This document shows, piece after piece, positions 10,224-21,182 of a DNA stretch of 64,000 bases. The notes under the pieces are model-generated. The model was not told where the DNA came from. It ran no database searches and worked only from the letters and a program-made list of their open reading frames with translations. Position numbers and translations under genes: made by a program. The stretch spans positions 480,001 through 544,000 of the forward strand of contig OZ253665.1 in NCBI GenBank assembly GCA_965263295.1, in the 5' to 3' direction. Position 1 is the stretch's first letter. Every line of letters starts with the position of its first letter. The DNA is from Spirochaetia bacterium. GTDB lineage: Bacteria > Spirochaetota > Spirochaetia > SP-2023.

Positions 10224-10955
10224 TTACGTTGAATTGAAGTTGCGGCGTTGAAACAGCCAGGCACCTGCCGCATAAAGCAAGATGCTGCCCAGTATAAAAA
10301 GACTGGCCATTTGTAGTGGGTTATCGGCTAGGAAAATAAAGTGTTGATAGTAAATAATGTTGAGAATTTGGCTGAAAATAGGATTGATTTGCAGTGAATT
10401 TTCGTCGGGCATAATTGTAGCAGCAACAACGAGGTATGCTCCCGATAAGACTGAGTATAGTACGACGAGCACGATCATCCAGCGGTTTAGGGCAGGACGA
10501 ATCAGTAGCCCCACGATTGTCCAGAATCCGCCAAAAAACAATGCGTTGGCCAGTGACTCATAGATTACCTTTGGCAGGGTGTTTGGCAACAGTTCGTTCA
10601 AGAAGACACTTGTCTCAAAGTTCTTGTAGGCAAAAACGAATATCTGTACCAGCAAAATGACTAGCAAATTGATAATGACACCCAGCAATTTGCCGATGAA
10701 TATGTCTATACGGCTACGGGGCGAGGCCAACAGTAAGAAGATACTGCCTTGCTGGTGTTCGTTTATAATCATGCCGAGGAAAAGAATCCCGGCATAGATT
10801 AAAGTGAGGGGCATGGAGCTGTATATCAGAATATTGCTGGCATTTTTTCCACTATCATGGACTTCTGGATCAGAGAATAGATAGAAAAATATTATTATGG
10901 CAAATACGAATATAGCCTTCGTACTGCGAAGGAAGTGCCAGGTTATTGTCAACAT
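10224..10955 (-). CDS. ABC-2 type exporter permease
   Basis: About six TM segments; ExxxGxxxLLLxxPxSRxxIFxGK motif; directly upstream of the ATPase; GGAGG RBS. Confidence 0.85.
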   Translation of the reverse strand: MLTITWHFLRSTKAIFVFAIIIFFYLFSDPEVHDSGKNASNILIYSSMPLTLIYAGILFLGMIINEHQQGSIFLLLASPRSRIDIFIGKLLGVIINLLVILLVQIFVFAYKNFETSVFLNELLPNTLPKVIYESLANALFFGGFWTIVGLLIRPALNRWMIVLVVLYSVLSGAYLVVAATIMPDENSLQINPIFSQILNIIYYQHFIFLADNPLQMASLFILGSILLYAAGAWLFQRRNFNST

Positions 10956-11087
10956 ATTGCCTCCTTTACGCCCCTATTCGATTTGACTTGCAGATGGTGC
11001 CCGCATATTTTTACGATTCTAGGTTCTCCATTATATAAGAATAGAAAATCAGAACAATGGGGAATAGTATGGGGCCGTTCAGCTATT

Positions 11088-11978
11088 CTAAAAAAGGCTT
11101 TGCAGTTCAGACAACAAGTTCGGATTTTGCATGCAAAGTTGCCAGATACTCGATATTGGTTTTCTGTTGTGCTGCTGCCATTGCCAGGGTAGGCAAATTC
11201 CTTGGAGAACTTGTATTGGCTCTGGACCACTGATCCGAGCTGCGCGGATGTGGGTAAACGCAGACATGTATTTTGCTTTTTGTGGACCTGTTTGCGCACG
11301 CTGGTCACTAGACTGAACGATTGACTGAACCGGCATTGGGACTTGTAGAGCTGCGGAATATAGGTTGATGCCACCATCAATATTGCCACGTTTGGCCCCA
11401 TATTTTAGGTCTCCTTTAATAGGGTGACCGAGAGCGGCAAGTTGACAGCGTATTTGATGGTGACGACCCGTTTCCAAACGCACGCAGATAATGCTGTAGC
11501 GTTTGCCACAGACGATATTGCGGTAATATAGTCGGGCCGGCTTCGCCCCCTTTGTTCCCGCTTGGCAGATGTAAGATTTATTATGGCCGCTCTCCTTGCG
11601 CAGATAATGGCAAAGCTCTTGCCATTGCTGGCCTTTCCTTGTCGCGAAAGTATTTTCAACTACGGCAAGATAAAATTTTTGGCACTTTTTTTGCTGAAAA
11701 GCGCCAGAAATTCGCTGCATGGCCTTACTGGTTTTCGCCAGTAAGCATAGACCGGCCACCGGGCGATCGAGACGATGTGGTAAACTCAAATAAGCGTTGC
11801 CCGGCTTGTGGCAATGTTCAATCAAGTAATCTTTGCCGTAGTCCAGCAGAGATTTGTCCCCACTTTTATCTAGTTGAACGGGTAAGCCGTGGGGTTTATA
11901 GACTAGCAGCATATGGCTGTCTTGGTAGAGAATTAGCGAGGAAAAGAACGCTGCATCTGTTGATAACTGTAAAGGCAT
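11088..11978 (-). CDS. RluA-family pseudouridine synthase
   Basis: YKPHG, catalytic HRLDRPVAG, LETGRHHQIR, GHPIKGDLKYG. Confidence 0.92.
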   Translation of the reverse strand: MPLQLSTDAAFFSSLILYQDSHMLLVYKPHGLPVQLDKSGDKSLLDYGKDYLIEHCHKPGNAYLSLPHRLDRPVAGLCLLAKTSKAMQRISGAFQQKKCQKFYLAVVENTFATRKGQQWQELCHYLRKESGHNKSYICQAGTKGAKPARLYYRNIVCGKRYSIICVRLETGRHHQIRCQLAALGHPIKGDLKYGAKRGNIDGGINLYSAALQVPMPVQSIVQSSDQRAQTGPQKAKYMSAFTHIRAARISGPEPIQVLQGICLPWQWQQHNRKPISSIWQLCMQNPNLLSELQSLF

Positions 11979-12031
11979 TGTTAAAAGTTTCGAGTTATAT
12001 ATTAAATATCGCGGAAAAGAGTTAAACTCAA

Positions 12032-13174
12032 TTAATGTCGCATTTGAGCCGCCAGCTTTTCGATTTCTTGTATCAGGATATTTTCGGCGCCAGCACTGGG
12101 CAGGTTCTTCAGCAATTTACCTTTGAAGAAAAGGGCAACATTCAGCCCGGCACCTGAAATAGCTAGGTCGGCATGCTTGGCTTCGCCAGGGCCGTTTACA
12201 GGGCAACCCATTACAGCCACATCCATATTGACGGGCAGATTGGGTAACTTATTTTGTAGCTTGGCGGTGAATTCTGCGGTATCAAAGGTGGCACGGGCGC
12301 AACCGGGACAGGAGATGAGGTTGATGCCTTTACGTAAACCGAGACTGCGCAACAGTTCGGCACCCGCTTGTACTTCTTCACTCGGTTCACCTGAAATTGA
12401 AATGCGGATGGTATCGCCGATGCCTTGTTCCAGAAGTTTGGAAAAAGCCAGAGTGCTTTTAATCAGTGCAGGGGTCAAGGGGCCAGCTTCGGTAACTCCG
12501 AGGTGCAGCGGGTAGGGGTAGCCTAAGCCTCCTGCAGCGGTATTTTGGGCGAAAAGTTCATTCGCGAAGACTACCAGGGTCGGGTCTGAGGCCTTGAGGG
12601 ATACGACGATATTACTAAAGCCTACGGATTCTAGAGCTTCAATGTTTTCAACCGCAGCCTGCAACATGTTGCGAGCCGATTGCTCCAGCCATTGCTGCCG
12701 GGTCTCTTTATCGCGCTCCAACTCCAGCCCTTTGGGCATGGAGCCACCGTTAACACCGATGCGAATGGCCACACCTTTGTCGTTCGCAGCCTGAGCGACT
12801 TCCTTGACTTTCCACTTCTCGCCAATGTTGCCGGGATTCAAGCGCAGCTTGGCAATGGGATATTTCAGGCACTCCAGCGCAATGCGATAATCGTAGTGAA
12901 TATCGGCGACGACGGGAATGGAAAGCCGTCTGGCCACCAGGCCGACGGCTCTTACCGAAACAATACTGGGCGTAGAGAAGCGAATCAGGTCGCAGCCATT
13001 TGATGCCAGTTGCTCTAGCTCTAGAATAAAGCTGTCGGTGACCTGCTTTTCTTCAAGCGGTCGATTCCACATCGTCTGCACGCGCACAGGCTTTGCCTGT
13101 CCAAGTTCGATAATGCTGGTCTTAGCGCCGTCAGGCGCCTGAATTTGCGCCGAATGCTTGCTTTGGAACTCCAT
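12032..13174 (-). CDS. ispG: HMBPP synthase IspG (MEP pathway)
   Basis: VQTM, VADIH, RLNPGNIG, RIGVNGGS, HLGVTEAG, GIGDTIRIS, CPGC, MGCPVNGPGEA. Confidence 0.96.
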   Translation of the reverse strand: MEFQSKHSAQIQAPDGAKTSIIELGQAKPVRVQTMWNRPLEEKQVTDSFILELEQLASNGCDLIRFSTPSIVSVRAVGLVARRLSIPVVADIHYDYRIALECLKYPIAKLRLNPGNIGEKWKVKEVAQAANDKGVAIRIGVNGGSMPKGLELERDKETRQQWLEQSARNMLQAAVENIEALESVGFSNIVVSLKASDPTLVVFANELFAQNTAAGGLGYPYPLHLGVTEAGPLTPALIKSTLAFSKLLEQGIGDTIRISISGEPSEEVQAGAELLRSLGLRKGINLISCPGCARATFDTAEFTAKLQNKLPNLPVNMDVAVMGCPVNGPGEAKHADLAISGAGLNVALFFKGKLLKNLPSAGAENILIQEIEKLAAQMRH

Positions 13175-13196
13175 GCGGCCAAACTATCACAACAGA

Positions 13197-13382
13197 CTAG
13201 GCAGCTGACTTCGTGCCGCGATTAAGGGCAGCCTTACAATATTTGCAGACCTTTATCGTCGTTTCGCCTACGCTATACTCGTATAGCACTTTGACTCCGG
13301 TGCGCTTGCAGACCGGGCACTGGGCGCGACCAGCTGTGGCATCTTCTTGGCGCAAAGGTCTCCCGCGATGGGCTTTAGACAT
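13197..13382 (-). CDS. Small basic zinc-ribbon-like protein (CPVC...CKYC)
   Basis: 61 aa; strong AAGGAG RBS; sits 21-22 bp from both rpmE and ispG. Confidence 0.8.
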   Translation of the reverse strand: MSKAHRGRPLRQEDATAGRAQCPVCKRTGVKVLYEYSVGETTIKVCKYCKAALNRGTKSAA

Positions 13383-13403
13383 ATCAACTCCTTAGAATTT
13401 AAA

Positions 13404-13607
13404 CTATTTGCGATTATACTTACGGTTGAAGCGCTCGACGCGTCCAGCGGTATCGACGAGACGCTGGGCACCAGTATAGAAGGGGTGGCAGGCGGAACAA
13501 ATCTCCACGGAAATGTCGCCAACAGTGGTACCGACTTCAAATACACTTTCACAAGTAGTGCATGTAATTTTGCTGGTCGTGTACTTCGGGTGCTTATTTG
13601 CTTTCAT
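13404..13607 (-). CDS. rpmE: 50S ribosomal protein L31 (zinc-binding type)
   Basis: [36 protein letters not shown]. Confidence 0.97.
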   Translation of the reverse strand: MKANKHPKYTTSKITCTTCESVFEVGTTVGDISVEICSACHPFYTGAQRLVDTAGRVERFNRKYNRK

Positions 13608-13615
13608 AAACCATC

Positions 13616-15106
13616 CTACATAGTATTCATAGCTTTTAAGAATGCAGTATTATTCCGACTTTTTTTCATCTTGTCAATTATTAGTTCTGTAGCTTCAATA
13701 TCGCCCATCGGGTTCAAGAAATTGCGCAGTACCCACATTTTTTTTAGCTCTTCATCCTTGAGCAATAGCTCTTCTTTGCGGGTACCCGAACGTTTTATAT
13801 TGATTGCCGGAAAATTACGGCGCTCAGAGAGGCGACGGTCTAAGACCAATTCCATGTTGCCAGTTCCTTTGAACTCTTCAAAGATTACTTCGTCCATGCG
13901 CGAACCTGTGTCAATTAGAGCTGTGGCCAAGATGGTCAAGCTGCCACCTCCTTCAATATTGCGTGCGGAGCCGAAGAAGCGCTTGGGTTTTTGTAGGGCA
14001 TTGGAGTCGACGCCTCCAGAGAGAATCTTGCCAGAGGTCGGTATTGACTGGTTGTAAGCCCTTGCCAGACGAGTGATAGAATCCAGAAGTATAACTACAT
14101 CCCTGCCACTTTCAACTAGACGACGAGATTTTTCTAATACCATTTCTGCGACTTGGATATGGCGTGAGGCCTGTTCATCAAAAGTCGAAGCGATCACTTC
14201 TCCGTTCACGCTGCGCTGCATATCGGTTACTTCTTCTGGACGCTCTCCGATCAATAAGACAATCAAGTAAATATCGGGGTAGTTTACTGTAATTGAATTT
14301 GCCACTTGTTGCATGACTGTCGTCTTACCGGCACGTGGCGGAGAGAGGATGATGCCGCGCTGTCCTTTACCGACGGGGCAAAAAAGATTGATCATGCGGC
14401 TGGATAATTGGTTGTTCTCTGTTGTTTCCAGGTTGATGCGTTCGTCAGGGAAGAGGGGCGTCAGGTTCTCGAAGGGTATGCGTGAGCGGATTTGATCGGG
14501 CTCGCAGCCGTTGATGCTAATAAAACGCATCATGGCAAAAAAACGCTCGCCTTCTTTGGGAGGGCGGATTTGACCGTAGACAGTATCGCCTGTGCGCAAG
14601 TTCAGGCTGCGAATTTGTGGGGGTGGCAAATAGATATCATCCATTCCTGACAAGTAGGAATTTTCAGCTGAACGCAATAAACCATAACCGTCGGGCATTA
14701 ACTCAAGTGAACCTTCGGCGTGAATCACGCCGTTTTCCTTAACGTGGGCCTGTAGTAACGCATAGATTAGGTCGTGTTTCTGTAAACTGCCGACCTCTTC
14801 TTCTGTTTTTTCATCTTTTTCCAGCACTGCGCGGCGCAAGTTGATAATTGAAGTCATTGAAAGTTCGTTGATGGAAATAACATGGTCTTCGTTGCCCTGC
14901 ATTTCTTCTTCCGAAAATTCAAATATGCCATATTTTCCGGGAAAGTTTCCGGAGCTGGATTTATTATTCCTGCGTTGGGTATTAGTCACACGTTTATTTT
15001 TACGTTGAGCATAACTGCTACCAGCTCTTTGATAGCTTTTTCGGTTGTTTGTTTGGATATCTGAAGATCCTGTATGACCTATTTTTATTGTAGAGTTCGT
15101 ACTCAT
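13616..15106 (-). CDS. rho: Transcription termination factor Rho
   Basis: [52 protein letters not shown]. Confidence 0.98.
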   Translation of the reverse strand: MSTNSTIKIGHTGSSDIQTNNRKSYQRAGSSYAQRKNKRVTNTQRRNNKSSSGNFPGKYGIFEFSEEEMQGNEDHVISINELSMTSIINLRRAVLEKDEKTEEEVGSLQKHDLIYALLQAHVKENGVIHAEGSLELMPDGYGLLRSAENSYLSGMDDIYLPPPQIRSLNLRTGDTVYGQIRPPKEGERFFAMMRFISINGCEPDQIRSRIPFENLTPLFPDERINLETTENNQLSSRMINLFCPVGKGQRGIILSPPRAGKTTVMQQVANSITVNYPDIYLIVLLIGERPEEVTDMQRSVNGEVIASTFDEQASRHIQVAEMVLEKSRRLVESGRDVVILLDSITRLARAYNQSIPTSGKILSGGVDSNALQKPKRFFGSARNIEGGGSLTILATALIDTGSRMDEVIFEEFKGTGNMELVLDRRLSERRNFPAINIKRSGTRKEELLLKDEELKKMWVLRNFLNPMGDIEATELIIDKMKKSRNNTAFLKAMNTM

Positions 15107-15232
15107 ATGATCTCCTGTAAAGAATAAGGGAAATAAATTGATAATAAATTTATAAGGGGGAGGCAGGCTTTGCGAAGTAAATGAAAGCTAAAAGAGATAT
15201 AAATTACAATAGATGGGGGAATAAACAAATTT

Positions 15233-15261
15233 ATTATAATTTATATTGCAGTTTGTGTCAA
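15233..15261 (-). promoter_or_regulatory. Consensus sigma70 promoter of rho
   Basis: TTGACA-17 bp-TATAAT on the minus strand, about 125 bp upstream of the rho ATG. Confidence 0.8.
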
Positions 15262-15307
15262 TAATTTGTTTGGCCAGACTCAGAAAGGAATCAAGTCGTA
15301 TTCGGCT

Positions 15308-17125
15308 TTACAGAATATTGGGTAAATCCAATTGTTCGATCAAGACACTTTGCTTACTGCCTTCGCCCAGGTTGTCCTGATAGAAGTATCTGATATGGGC
15401 AACAATTAGGCTTTTATCCATATCAATCAACCATTCTATGATCTGAATGTAGTCGCCTCCATGTAAACTGAGTTGACTGACCTGGGAGTAGGGCAGGGCG
15501 CTAACGATCTCATAAGTGTTGCGTTTGTTTGTCGCAGGTTGTAACTTAGCCCCAAATAGAGCATAGAACAATTGAGAAGTACTCTCTTGACCCAAGTTCC
15601 TGTACATGGGTTTATCCGGACGTTGGCGCAGTTCCATTAATACTTCAAGAATTTTGCCCGTGCTTGGATCTTCTACTCCCAAATTGATGACTGAACCTGT
15701 TGGACCGTTGGCAATCTGATTTTGTAAGGATTTTACTTTACTATAATTATTGTTGCGGTAAGAGACAATACGCATGCCCGGTTTAAGCAATGATTCGGCT
15801 GCAGGGCTGTCAGGGAAAATGTAACGGATATCTAGGTAACCTTGGTCATTGCTGTATTCGTCCACTAGCAGCCCTAGCCAACTATTTGTCACCTTGCCAC
15901 CCAAGTATAGACGGGGTAACACAGAGCTAATGGTATCACTGGGGATGGCAAAGGCGATACCCTCGCCATTTTTGTTTTTGGCAAAAACTACTCCCTCTAT
16001 AACACCTCGTTTGTTGAGCAAAGGCCCGCCGCTATTGCCGGGATTGGCAGGTACGTCGATTTGTAGGGCCTCTGTTAGGGGCAAAATCTTTCGCCCACGG
16101 GCTGACACGCGACCGCTAGTTAGGGAGTTCTCAAAGCCTCCTGGGGCACCGATAGCATACAGTTCATTGCTGACAAAGAGAGCGGGATTAGGTTTGCTCT
16201 CTTTGCTTCTGTATTGCACTAGATTAAAGGTACTATTCATACGTAAAAGGTAAGGAACAGAACGGGAAATACGTAATAACGCCAAATCCCGGTTGGGGTC
16301 CCAACCGACCAGACGGGCTGGTATTAGTTCGTCGCGCGAGGCTAGCTTGACAAAGATGTGGCCGGTTTTACGCTGCTTGCCTGTTTGGCTGCTGATTACA
16401 TGATAGTTAGTAATAATGCTGCCGCTATTGTCAATGAAAAAGCCACTGCCAATCTCTCCAGCTGGAAGATATATTGGCGTATATGGTATCTGTTCATTAC
16501 CTCGCTTGACAAAAACAGTGACAGCGCCATCGATGCGCTGCTGCCACTGATTCAGATTGCTGGTGTTGGGATTAACTGCAAATTGTCGCTGAATAAAGTT
16601 CTGGAATTTCTTTTTAGTCATGTCATTCAGGTGTAAATTATTCTGCAGGCTAGTCTGGGCAAAATCTAGGGCCGCTCCGTAGTAGTTTTTTAAAATGTAG
16701 TAATCGAAGAGCTTTTCGACAAAATCACTTTCTGAAATATACTTATCGGCCTCATCAAAACTCTGAAGGCTGTAATAATAAGGCATGGCGGCGAGAACCC
16801 CATCGGTATCAAGATTTTCTAGAAAAAGGTCCCCTAAACCTTCCTTGATAGTTTTAAGGTATCTCTCTTGTTCTAGGGAATCTTGATCGTCAATTTGATA
16901 CAAAATAGCGGCTGCTCTGGCAAAATTCTTATTGGCAATGGCGTAGTCGATATCTTTACGGCTAAGATTGCGGTTGTAATAATGCTTAGGCTTGCTGCCG
17001 ACATTGACTGGTGCCAGTCTCGGTCCATCGCTTCTTCCTCTGAGGCCGACACACGAAGACAGAATGTTAGCGATTAGCAATACTACGGCAATAAATTGTG
17101 GGCAATTGAATGAAGAGGTGGGCAT
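15308..17125 (-). CDS. HtrA/S1C serine protease with PDZ domain, probable lipoprotein
   Basis: Lipobox-like LSSC; GSGFF, TNYHV, DLALL and NPGNSGGPL catalytic triad motifs; WLGL...SPAA PDZ segment. Confidence 0.9.
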   Translation of the reverse strand: MPTSSFNCPQFIAVVLLIANILSSCVGLRGRSDGPRLAPVNVGSKPKHYYNRNLSRKDIDYAIANKNFARAAAILYQIDDQDSLEQERYLKTIKEGLGDLFLENLDTDGVLAAMPYYYSLQSFDEADKYISESDFVEKLFDYYILKNYYGAALDFAQTSLQNNLHLNDMTKKKFQNFIQRQFAVNPNTSNLNQWQQRIDGAVTVFVKRGNEQIPYTPIYLPAGEIGSGFFIDNSGSIITNYHVISSQTGKQRKTGHIFVKLASRDELIPARLVGWDPNRDLALLRISRSVPYLLRMNSTFNLVQYRSKESKPNPALFVSNELYAIGAPGGFENSLTSGRVSARGRKILPLTEALQIDVPANPGNSGGPLLNKRGVIEGVVFAKNKNGEGIAFAIPSDTISSVLPRLYLGGKVTNSWLGLLVDEYSNDQGYLDIRYIFPDSPAAESLLKPGMRIVSYRNNNYSKVKSLQNQIANGPTGSVINLGVEDPSTGKILEVLMELRQRPDKPMYRNLGQESTSQLFYALFGAKLQPATNKRNTYEIVSALPYSQVSQLSLHGGDYIQIIEWLIDMDKSLIVAHIRYFYQDNLGEGSKQSVLIEQLDLPNIL

Positions 17126-17146
17126 GATAGCTGTAAAAAAGCAAGT

Positions 17147-19051
17147 TTACTTATGACTCTCAAAGTATTTAGGAGCAAAGATATCCAAGGTTTGATCACT
17201 CCATTTAAAATAGTAAGAATAAATATAGTCGGTTTTAGGGGTTGCATATTTATATGAGCTGGTCGGTAAGTTTAAGTCGCCATAGATGTGCCAGATCTTA
17301 GTTGAAATGTCACCTAGTGTTTGTGTAAAATCAATGCTACCGTCTTGATTAATATCAACCTCGTATCTTTTAGGGACACCTTTTTTATAGTAAACCGCCA
17401 GCTCAAATTGGCCATCTTGGTCTTCATCGCGCAGGATTTTGACGCGCTGGGAACGCGTAAAGTAGGCTATTTCGTCAAATTTACCGTTTAAGTTGCGGTC
17501 TATTTGTACTCTAGTCAATTCACCGAAGTAATTTCTTTGATATTCTGCCCGCAGTTTCCAGTCGCTCTTACGTCGCTGAGTCTCGTAGAGTTTAGTGACA
17601 TGGCTATTTTGTATAATTTCACTTTCCAGCAGGCTCGGGCTCTGCAGTGGGCTTATCGCCCAGTCAAAAGTGTTGAGAGGAACGTCACGGCTGATGTCAT
17701 AAGTCAGGCGACCGGGAGAAAAGTTGTATATCCGTTGGCTATCGCGGTCTGTAATCGTGATTTCCCGTATGAATGGATAACGACCATATGTGAGGTCAAT
17801 GTTCCGACTATTGCCGTTGTGGTTGTAGAAACTATGGTAACTTGCAGGTTCCCCATAACTATTCCAGCGAATTCTTATATCGTTTTCGCTGGGCTTACTG
17901 GGAAAAACATGGCGCTCAGTTAGGCTACCGTTGATAAATGTCAGCTCTTCTTCTGGAATATCATCATAGTTACGATCCATAACGTATAGACCATTTAGGT
18001 CAAGCAGGGACTTTTCGATAGGGCGAAAGCCAGAAATTCTGCGGATAACTTGACTTAGAACTAGAAAGTCAGAAGTTTTATAATTATTAAAAAAAATGTT
18101 GCTGCGTGGAATGAGGTTGTTTTGAAGCATTAAGATACGTTGAGCTGTGGTAAAATAGTCATCGCCAAAGAGGCTAGTATAGACCGAAAGAAGGTTTTCC
18201 ATGTGACTGATGTCGGTGCTTCTAGTCACTAGATAGCGCAGTAGATTGGGTGATTTAGGCGGGTAATTTTCTAAATAGAAGTGAAATTTAACCCACATCT
18301 CTTTACTGACGTGAGGTGCGTCTAATAAAACGCGAAAATAACGTTCTTCGTAGTTATAACGCTCAAGGTTGTTCAGCGCTAGTTCTATGGCTTTTTCTTT
18401 GTGTCCAGAATTATTATAAGCGAGAGTCAGGTAATACTGGAAATCTTGATCTTCAGTAATTTCCGCTTTCCACTTTTGGCTCCACGTGATTATGTCGTTA
18501 TACAAACCCCATTTATATAGTATGTGGACCAAGGCCAAGGCCGGTTCCCGAGGTTGAACTTCAAACCATTGGTCAATCTCACAAGCCTTATTGAGCCAGT
18601 CAAAGCGGCTTTTTTCCCACTTTTCTTCGTGTGCACTGGCTAGTAAGTACCAGTAATCTGAGGTCTCATCGCCGTCATACTCGGTAGACAATTTGAGGAG
18701 TTTTTGCATTTCAATTTTTCGGTCTTCTTTGGAAAGCTGGAGAACTTCCTTTAAGTACTTGCTTGCAAATTCATAGTTCAAGTACTTCAGCTTTGTGGCA
18801 CGATCTTCTGGATGGGGAGCTTTGAGGGCATGCCGCGCATTACTTTCATTCCGCTCATTGTCGTAATTTTTGCCCGACTCTGTTGCCGGTTCGGCCGATA
18901 GTGGCAAATTGACGAGAGCTAGCGGCAGCGATAGGTAAAGAAATAGCTTCTGGAAAAGCGGACTTCGGCCATAGGTAAGCTGGGCAAGCTGAGGGCGAAA
19001 GTAGAAACGGATTAATTTATTTGATGAATTGTTCATGGCATCGGATTGCAT
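17147..19051 (-). CDS. Secreted hypothetical protein with TPR-like helices and C-terminal Dx[DN]xDG repeats
   Basis: Signal-like LPLSA; helical N-terminal half; DRNYDD, DRNLNG, DEDQDG and DINQDG motifs. Confidence 0.7.
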   Translation of the reverse strand: MQSDAMNNSSNKLIRFYFRPQLAQLTYGRSPLFQKLFLYLSLPLALVNLPLSAEPATESGKNYDNERNESNARHALKAPHPEDRATKLKYLNYEFASKYLKEVLQLSKEDRKIEMQKLLKLSTEYDGDETSDYWYLLASAHEEKWEKSRFDWLNKACEIDQWFEVQPREPALALVHILYKWGLYNDIITWSQKWKAEITEDQDFQYYLTLAYNNSGHKEKAIELALNNLERYNYEERYFRVLLDAPHVSKEMWVKFHFYLENYPPKSPNLLRYLVTRSTDISHMENLLSVYTSLFGDDYFTTAQRILMLQNNLIPRSNIFFNNYKTSDFLVLSQVIRRISGFRPIEKSLLDLNGLYVMDRNYDDIPEEELTFINGSLTERHVFPSKPSENDIRIRWNSYGEPASYHSFYNHNGNSRNIDLTYGRYPFIREITITDRDSQRIYNFSPGRLTYDISRDVPLNTFDWAISPLQSPSLLESEIIQNSHVTKLYETQRRKSDWKLRAEYQRNYFGELTRVQIDRNLNGKFDEIAYFTRSQRVKILRDEDQDGQFELAVYYKKGVPKRYEVDINQDGSIDFTQTLGDISTKIWHIYGDLNLPTSSYKYATPKTDYIYSYYFKWSDQTLDIFAPKYFESHK

Positions 19052-19142
19052 TGAGCAGCTAGAACATATGCAAAAGGCAAGGACATAGTAAATCTCATTT
19101 ATAAACTATGGAATAAATCAACAATTAGGTTGTATCAATTTT

Positions 19143-21023
19143 TCACTGCTTGACGGAAGAACTGGCATCTGTCGTGATATTTTCGGAAGCTTGCGGTGAG
19201 ATTTTAAGGAGTTCTTCTATTTCCTCCTTGTACATCGTCTCTCTCTCAAGCAAGCTTTCTGAAAGAGATATCAAATCGTCTTTGTGTTCACGTAATAAGG
19301 TGCGGACATTTTCGAGGCATTTGTCGAGTATCTCGCGTACCGCCTGGTCAATTTGGGTTGAAGTAGTTTCGGAAAAATCTTTACTGCGCGACATCTCGCG
19401 ACCGATAAAAATCGGTTGGTCATTGGCATAGGAGACAGCGCCAAGGCTACTCATCCCCCATTCGGTCACCATGCGATGGGCCAGCTCGGTGGCCTGTTTC
19501 AGGTCATTGGAAGTCCCAATCGTAGTCTCGCCAAAGATCAGCTCCTCTGCGACATAACCGCCAAAGGCAATGCGGATGCGGGCTTTCAACGTGGAATGGG
19601 TCGGGGCATACGATTCTTCGCTCTGGGTAGACATCGTGACGCCTAAGGCTTGACCACGAGGGATAATGGTTACTTTTTCAAAGTTGTGTCCTTCACTGAA
19701 CAGACTGACTAGCGTGTGACCTGCTTCGTGATAGGCTGTCAGCTTCTTTTCTTTTTCTGTCATGAACATGGTGTGGCGAGCCAAGCCCATTAACACCTTG
19801 TCGCGGGCTTCCTCAAAGTCTTCAATACATACTAGTTTACGTCCGTGGCGAGCTGCGTAGAGGGCGGCCTCGTTGACAATATTGGCCAAGTCTGCACCCG
19901 AGCAGCCGGGGGTACGGCGCGCCAGGGCAGGAAAATCAATGTCTTTTTCCATTTTGATTTTAGTACTATGAATCTGCAGAATCTTTTCTCGTTCTTTGAT
20001 GTCCGGCAGGGCTACGTTTATTTGGCGATCAAAGCGCCCAGGGCGCAACAAGGCCGGGTCCAGAACGTCGACACGGTTGGTTGCAGCCATGACAATTACC
20101 CCTTGTTCGGTGCCAAAGCCATCCATTTCTACAAGCATTTGGTTTAAGGTCTGCTCGCGCTCATCGTGCCCCCCGCCCATGCCGGCTCCTCTGGTGCGGC
20201 CTACGGCGTCAATCTCGTCGATGAAAATAATACAGGGTGCATTTTTGCGACCTTGTTCAAATAGGTCGCGCACGCGGCTGGCACCGACGCCGACAAACAT
20301 CTCAACGAAGTCCGAGCCAGACATATGAAAGAACGAAACCCCGGCTTCGCCGGCCACGGCTTTGGCCAGAAGGGTTTTGCCGGTGCCAGGGTTGCCGACT
20401 AGCAATACTCCGCGCGGAATGCGGGCCCCAATTTCCTGAAAGCGTTTGGGACTTTTTAAAAAGGAAACAACTTCCTGTAATTCGTACTTGGCTTCTTCCT
20501 GACCGGCGACATCTTTAAATGTAACACTTTTGGAGGAGTCATGTTCATATTTGCGGGCACGGTTCTTACTAAAGCTGAAGACTCTGCTGCTGCCATTCAT
20601 GTTGCGGAACATGGCCAGCATGATTAGTACCAGAATAATCCAGGGAATCGACTGGAAAATCATTTGCCCAAAACGCAGTTTGCTCTCGACGCCGGTAAAG
20701 TTAATCCCGGCCTGCAGTAAGCGGTCAATTAGATTTAAGTCGGTGTACGGAATCTTGGTAATGACTGTCTGCGGCAGGCCATTGACCAGCCCTGTCCCGC
20801 GCAGACTGGTGCCGTCGATAATTTCGACGTCACTGATGGAACCCGATTCTACTTGGCGCATAAAATCGCTGTACGGCAATTTGTCCATGAATGAGTTGCC
20901 GTTGATCAAGGAGAACAATAAGAGCACCAGCAAAATGATTCCAGCAAGTATGAAGATTCCAAAACGATTTTCATTGAAAGGAGTCTTCTTGTTGTTGTTA
21001 TTGTGAGGAGGAGGTTCAGACAT
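19143..21023 (-). CDS. ftsH: ATP-dependent zinc metalloprotease FtsH
   Basis: Two TM helices, [27 protein letters not shown]; start chosen at MSEPP (ORF open to 21086). Confidence 0.97.
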   Translation of the reverse strand: MSEPPPHNNNNKKTPFNENRFGIFILAGIILLVLLLFSLINGNSFMDKLPYSDFMRQVESGSISDVEIIDGTSLRGTGLVNGLPQTVITKIPYTDLNLIDRLLQAGINFTGVESKLRFGQMIFQSIPWIILVLIMLAMFRNMNGSSRVFSFSKNRARKYEHDSSKSVTFKDVAGQEEAKYELQEVVSFLKSPKRFQEIGARIPRGVLLVGNPGTGKTLLAKAVAGEAGVSFFHMSGSDFVEMFVGVGASRVRDLFEQGRKNAPCIIFIDEIDAVGRTRGAGMGGGHDEREQTLNQMLVEMDGFGTEQGVIVMAATNRVDVLDPALLRPGRFDRQINVALPDIKEREKILQIHSTKIKMEKDIDFPALARRTPGCSGADLANIVNEAALYAARHGRKLVCIEDFEEARDKVLMGLARHTMFMTEKEKKLTAYHEAGHTLVSLFSEGHNFEKVTIIPRGQALGVTMSTQSEESYAPTHSTLKARIRIAFGGYVAEELIFGETTIGTSNDLKQATELAHRMVTEWGMSSLGAVSYANDQPIFIGREMSRSKDFSETTSTQIDQAVREILDKCLENVRTLLREHKDDLISLSESLLERETMYKEEIEELLKISPQASENITTDASSSVKQ

Positions 21024-21182
21024 ATTTATACCTATAACAAAATTTATCCAAAAGTAACTAAAAAGTAATGAAAAGGCAAGCTGCATTTAAGTCTGCCTTT
21101 TGTATGAATTTAGTGCATGTGTCTAAATATTATCACATGAACTGGCTGTAGAAATGCAAATATATGGGATATTCGTCACATT

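Noticed and set aside
10949..11401. Alternative-frame ORF overlapping the RluA 3' end (possible frameshift)
   Set aside because: The RluA motifs are complete in one frame and the overlapping ORF has no recognisable features
13347..14057. 236-aa plus-strand ORF
   Set aside because: Antisense shadow of rho and rpmE
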